Below are positions 58,680-64,000 of a stretch of 64,000 nt of DNA, piece by piece. The stretch is taken from the NCBI RefSeq assembly GCF_009914755.1, contig NC_060929.1. One strand, given 5' to 3'. How positions within the stretch are numbered: the first letter of the stretch is position 1; the number at the start of each line of letters is the position of its first letter. A program made the position numbers and the translations under genes. This DNA is from the human T2T-CHM13v2.0 reference genome, Homo sapiens. Below the pieces are notes generated by a model. That model was not told the origin of the DNA, did no database searches, and was given only the letters and a program-made list of their open reading frames with translations.

Positions 58680-61600
58680 AAAACTAATAAAAGAGATCAG
58701 CAAACTTGCAGGATACGGGATCAATAAATAAAATCAATGGTATGTCTATTTTTTAACAATCAGCAATTGAATATGAAAGGAAGAAAGGAAGTCCATTTAT
58801 AGTATTATCAAAAAGGATAAAATACTTAGGCATAAATTTTAAAAAGAAGTGTAAGAATTATATACCGACACTGTAACAGTGTTGAAAGAAATTAAAGATA
58901 TAAATAAACAGAAAGACTTCTCATCGTCGTGGATCAGAAGACTTAATATTGTTAAGATGGCAGTACTCTTCAGATTGATCTCCAAATCCGGTGCAATCCA
59001 CTTTAAAATCCCATGGGTTTTTTGCAGGGATTGACAAACTGTTCCTAAAGTTCATATGGAAATCCATGGGACCCAAAATAGCCAAGATAATCTTGTAAAA
59101 TAATGAAATTGGAAGACTCATATTTTTTTTTATTTCAGAATTTACTAGAAAACAACAGTAATCAAGACTGTTTGGTACCAGCATACAGGTAGACAGACAT
59201 ATAGGACCTGGGTGCGGTGGCTCATGCCTGTAATCCCAGCAGTTTGGGAGGCCAAGGTAGGAGGATCACTTGAGCCCAGGATGTTCAGGAACAGCCTGGT
59301 CAACCTAGTGAGACACCTCATCTCTACAAAATATTTTAAAATTAGGTAGCTATGTTGATGTGGGCCTGTGATCCCAGCTGTTCGGGAGGATCACTTTTGC
59401 CTGGGATTTAGAGGCTGCAGTGAGCTATGATTTTGTCACTGCCCTCCAGCCTGGGTGACCGAGTAAATCTTAAGTGACTTCGGGTTGGGCAGCTATTTCT
59501 TAGATATGACACCTGAAGCAGACAACAGAAAACAAATTAGATAGACCAGAGTTTATCTAATTAATTAGACAAATTAGATAAAACAGAGTTGCAAATTTTG
59601 TGCATCAAAGCATGCCATCAAGAAAGTACAGCCCACAGAATGGGAGAAAATATTTGCATATCATATGACTGATAAGAGATTAGCATCTAGAATACATAAA
59701 TAATTATTACAACCCAGTAATGAAAAAGACAACCCTTAAAAATGGGCAATGGATTTGAATAGACATTTCTCCAAAGAAGACACACAAATGACCACTAAAC
59801 ATATGAAAGGATGCTCAACATCCTTAGTTATTAAGGAAAGGCGTATCAAAATTATAATGAAATACCTCCTCACACCAACTAGGATGGATATAATAAAAAA
59901 GAAAACTACAAGTGTTGGCAAAGATTTGGATAAATTTGATCTTCATACATTGCTGGTGGGAATGTAGAATGGTGCAGCCGCTTTTGCAAACATTATGGCA
60001 GTTCCTCAAAATGTGAAAAGTAGAGGTGCCATGTAACTCAGCAATTCCACTTCTAAGTATACTCAAGAGAAATGAAAACATACATCCACATAAAATCTTG
60101 TACACAAATGTTCATAGCAGCATTATTTATAATAGTCAAAAGATGGAAACAATCCAAGCTTCCATCAACTGAATGGGTAAATGAAATGTGATATATCCAT
60201 AGTAACCAAAACAGCATGGTATTGGTATAAAAACAGACACATAGACCAATGGAACAGAATAGAAAACCCATAAGTCGTATGTTTACAGCCAATTGGTTTT
60301 TGACAAAGGTGTCAAGAACATACATTGGGGAAAGGATACCCTCTTTAATAAAATGGTGCTGGGAAAATTGTATATCCAGATGTGGAAGAATAAAACTGGA
60401 CTTCTACCTCTTACCGTATACAAAAATGAAATCTAGATGGATTAGACTTAAGACCTGAAACTATAAAACTACTAGAAGAAAACATGGGGAGACACTTCAG
60501 GACATTAATCTATGCAAATATTTTATGGCTAAGACCTCAAAAGCACAGGCAACAAACATAAAAATAGACAAATGGGATTATATTAAGCTAAAAAGCCCCT
60601 TCACAGCAAAGGAAACAGTCAACAGAGTGAAGAGAGCCTGTTGAATGGGAGAAAATATTTGCAAACTGACCAGGGAGGAATAGAATATGCAAGGATCACA
60701 AATAACAGTAAAAAAAACAAAAACAAAAAAAAAATAACTCAAATAAGTGGCAGTCAAATGACATGAATAGACATTTCTCAAAAGGAGAACATACAAATGG
60801 CCAATAGGTATATGAAGAAATACTTAACATCACTAATCATCAGGGAAATGCAAATCAAAACCGCAGTGAGATGCCATCTTACCCCAGTCAGAATGATTAT
60901 TATTAAACAGAAAAAATAACAGAAGCTGGCAAAGATGTGGATAAAAGGGAACTCTTACACACTGGTGGTGGGAATGTAAATTAAAACAGCCATTATGGAA
61001 AATAGGGAGATTTCTCAAAAATGAAAAATAGAACTACCGTATTGTCCAGCAATCCCAATACTGGGCATTTATCCAAAGGGAAAGAGTTCAGTATGTTAAA
61101 AGAATACCTGTACTTCCATGTTTATTGCAGCACTGTTCACAATAGCAAAGATATGGAATCAACCTACATTCCCGTTGATGGATGGATAAAATAATGTGGT
61201 ATATATACATAGTAGAATACCGTTAGGCCATAAGAAAGAATGAAATCGTGTCATTTGCAGCAACATAGGTGGAACTGGAGGTTAAGTGAAATAAGCCTGG
61301 CACGGAAAGACAAATACCATGTGTTCTTATACATATGTGGGACCTAAAAAATTCATTTCATTGAGGTAAAGAACAGAATGATAGGAGAAGCTGAGAATGG
61401 TGTGTGGGTGGACTGGGGAGTGGGGCAGGATGAAGAGAGGTTGGCTAATGAGTACAAACATACAGTTAGATAAAAGGTATAAGTTCTAATGTTTGATAGA
61501 GTAGGGTAACTATAACTATAGTTAACAGTGTATTCCATATTTCAAAATAGAAGGCAGGATTTGAATTATTCTCAACACAGAAATGGTGAATACTCGAGGC

Positions 61601-62050
61601 AATAGATATGCCAAATACCCTGACATGATCATTAAACATTCTTTGCATGTAACAAAGTATCACATGTACCCCACAAGTATGAACAAATATGGTGTATCAA
61701 TAAAAATAAATAAGATCTATACAAACAATGGAATGTTATTCAGCTATAAAGAAAAATAAGTATTGATATGTGCTAAAACATGGGTGGTCCTTGAAAACAT
61801 TATGCTGACTTGAAAGGAGATAGTCACAACACTCACTTATTGTATGATTCCATTTATATGAATTGCCCAGAATGGGAAAATCTAATGAGACATAAAGTAG
61901 CTTAGTGGTTGTTTAGAAGCTAGGGGCATGGGGGTAGGATGCAGAATGACAGCTAGTATGAAAATGTTCTAAAATTAGATTGTGGTGATGCTTGCATAAC
62001 CCTGTTAATTTACTAAAAAACATTGAATTATATCCTTTAAGTGGGTTACT
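58680..62050 (+). mobile_element. Nested old L1M elements (L1MB-like host with an L1MA-like insert at about 60200-61712)
   Basis: Two successive ORF2 C-terminal and 3'UTR sequences (RHFSKED twice); aataaaaataaataa tail near 61700. Confidence 0.75.
59206..59463 (+). mobile_element. AluJ-like SINE lacking its 3' tail
   Basis: ggaggatcacttgagcccagg diagnostic; ends at ctgggtgaccgag. Confidence 0.85.
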
Positions 62051-63932
62051 TGTATGGTATGTGAATTATATTTCAGTGAAGCTGTTCAAAAAGTGATAGG
62101 CTCATGGATTGAAGATTCCCAGTAAAACAAAGGATTATGGAGTTGTGAGATTCATCTTTGTAGATATTGAAATCACTAGTGATTATGATATAAATATTGT
62201 TGGAAAGACTGACAGCCAAGAACCAATACTTTCAAAAAACAGGGGGAAATAATCTGCAGGAGAGTAGATAATTGCAATAAGAAGGGATATTTGTTAGTGT
62301 TGTTGATGATGTAAGATGTAAAGGTGAATGCTTTCATGATGAAGAAAGAGAAAATATTAAGTAGAAATGAGGAACGTGAAGATCACCTACTCCATATTCA
62401 AGGCCCAAGATACACGAGAAGTGGAAGAAAAAGCAGCTACCACTTGATAGAGCCTACAGAGAAAGCAGGGTCATCAGAGTAGAGCTTCTATGATAGACTT
62501 TTATATTGACCCTAAAACACTGAAATTCATAAGGTAACTTTCTGGATACTTTCAGCTTCCTACATGAAGTTTTTGATCTGTTACGTTTTTCATGAATTGT
62601 ATGTCATGAAACTTGAGTCTGTTTTTCAGTGGATTACTTGATCAAATTAGTGTTCTTACTCTCCTACTTAATCTATTTCACATTCCTAATGTATAAGGCT
62701 GTATAATTGGTCAGTTCTGGTTTATTTTTGTTTTGTGAGAGAATAAAGGATGTGAATACTTGCCAGGTTAGATTTCTAATTTACAGGAATCTTGTCACCC
62801 TAATAGGTTGATATGTCTCACCAAAAATTATAAAAGAGTTGTTGATTAATTGTAGTATAATAATGACTGCTAGTATCCATGGGAGAACAGAAAGAATTTG
62901 TTCTTTTTCTAACTTTTATTTGTCCTTTCTGAGTCTTCTAACAAGCAGATAGCCTCTTTTCTTCATTATTCAGTTCCATACCTTTTAAAAAAACATTTTT
63001 ACTTGAAAGCGTTTCTTAATCAGAAACAATTGATTTCAGTATTATGAAATAGCCCTCTCATCTTTGAAAAATCAGTCTCCAAGAATAGCATAAAATTTGT
63101 TTTTAGCAAGATAATTTTATGTTGTTAATTATTTGTAAAGGTCTCAAAAGTACTGAAGGATCACCTAGATCAATGAATCCAGAGATGTAAAATAATATAC
63201 CTTAAGCAAAAATCATTGAATAAATACCTCCATTTCTAAATTAGTCAATTTCAGCTGCCCCCAAAGTAAGATTTATGAAAACTGTAGATGTTGCCATTTG
63301 TGCCACTGCCTTAAATCTATTTAATCCTCTACTACTATCAGCTGTGAAGTTAACTCTACCATCAAACAATGTGAAATCTTGGATTTTTTAATACATCATG
63401 CATAAAAATACAGAAGGAACAAATTTATTACTATCTATTATGTTCCAAGCAGGGGAAATATTTAAAATGATCACACTGGTACTATCATGACATTGACCAT
63501 TCAGAAAAGATGCTGGTCCTTGGATCATGAGAGTACATCCTGACTGAATAACAGATCTGGTCCTAGACAGTTTAGTGTTTTGTACTCAAATTTATTTTCA
63601 GTCATGTCTTCATGGTAGACATTGTTTTTTCCATTTTACAAATGAAAACCCTAAGACTTAAAGAGATAAGTAACTTATGCAAGATCACATAGCAAATTAG
63701 TAGAGCTGGGATTCAAATTAGTTTTATTTGGCTCTAAATTCTATGCCATTTTCAGTGTTCTACTGCCTTGATAAACTTAAAACCGATCTGCTTTCTATCC
63801 AGAACTGAGTTCACAATAATTTATCACTCATTTGGAAGAACAGATCATTGTGCTGATTTTGGAATTTCCCCCAAGATAAGCTACGTTTCTATGAATACTT
63901 ACTAAACTTTTTTCTTCCTTATTCTATATTAG

Positions 63933-64000
63933 GACGTCTTGCATGGCTGGTATACTTAGTTGGGACAGTTGTAGGAGGAAGATTAACATATACCAGTACA
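63933..64000 (+). CDS. RANBP17: RANBP17 coding exon (inferred exon 13, truncated by window end)
   Basis: cttattctatattag|GACGT; (G)RLAWLVYLVGTVVGGRLTYTST, phase 1 matching the previous exon. Confidence 0.93.

Overview
Primate (human-like) genomic DNA covering the middle of RANBP17 (importin-beta/exportin-7 family) on the + strand. Ten GT-AG coding exons (inferred exons 4-13, the last cut by the window edge) splice into one open frame. The introns are mostly interspersed repeats: three large antisense L1PA elements, old L1M fragments, Alus, MaLR LTRs and MER DNA transposons. No prokaryote-style system, RNA gene or CRISPR array is visible. The most unusual item is a 166-bp duplicate of exon 7 lying 343 nt after the real exon. 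It keeps both splice sites, gives a premature stop whichever way it is included, and has a perfect 15-bp hairpin over its branch-point region, so it is a candidate structure-gated poison exon. Also notable: a processed epsilon-tubulin (TUBE1) pseudogene split by an L1, missing about 20 codons and sharing a triplicated target site with an Alu; two candidate L1 3' transductions; an L1 endonuclease-region patch; a doubly deleted L1 with a perfect TSD; an open ORF0; and a palindromic 27-bp VNTR next to exon 9. Gene names, exon numbers and repeat subfamilies come from recall, not database searches.
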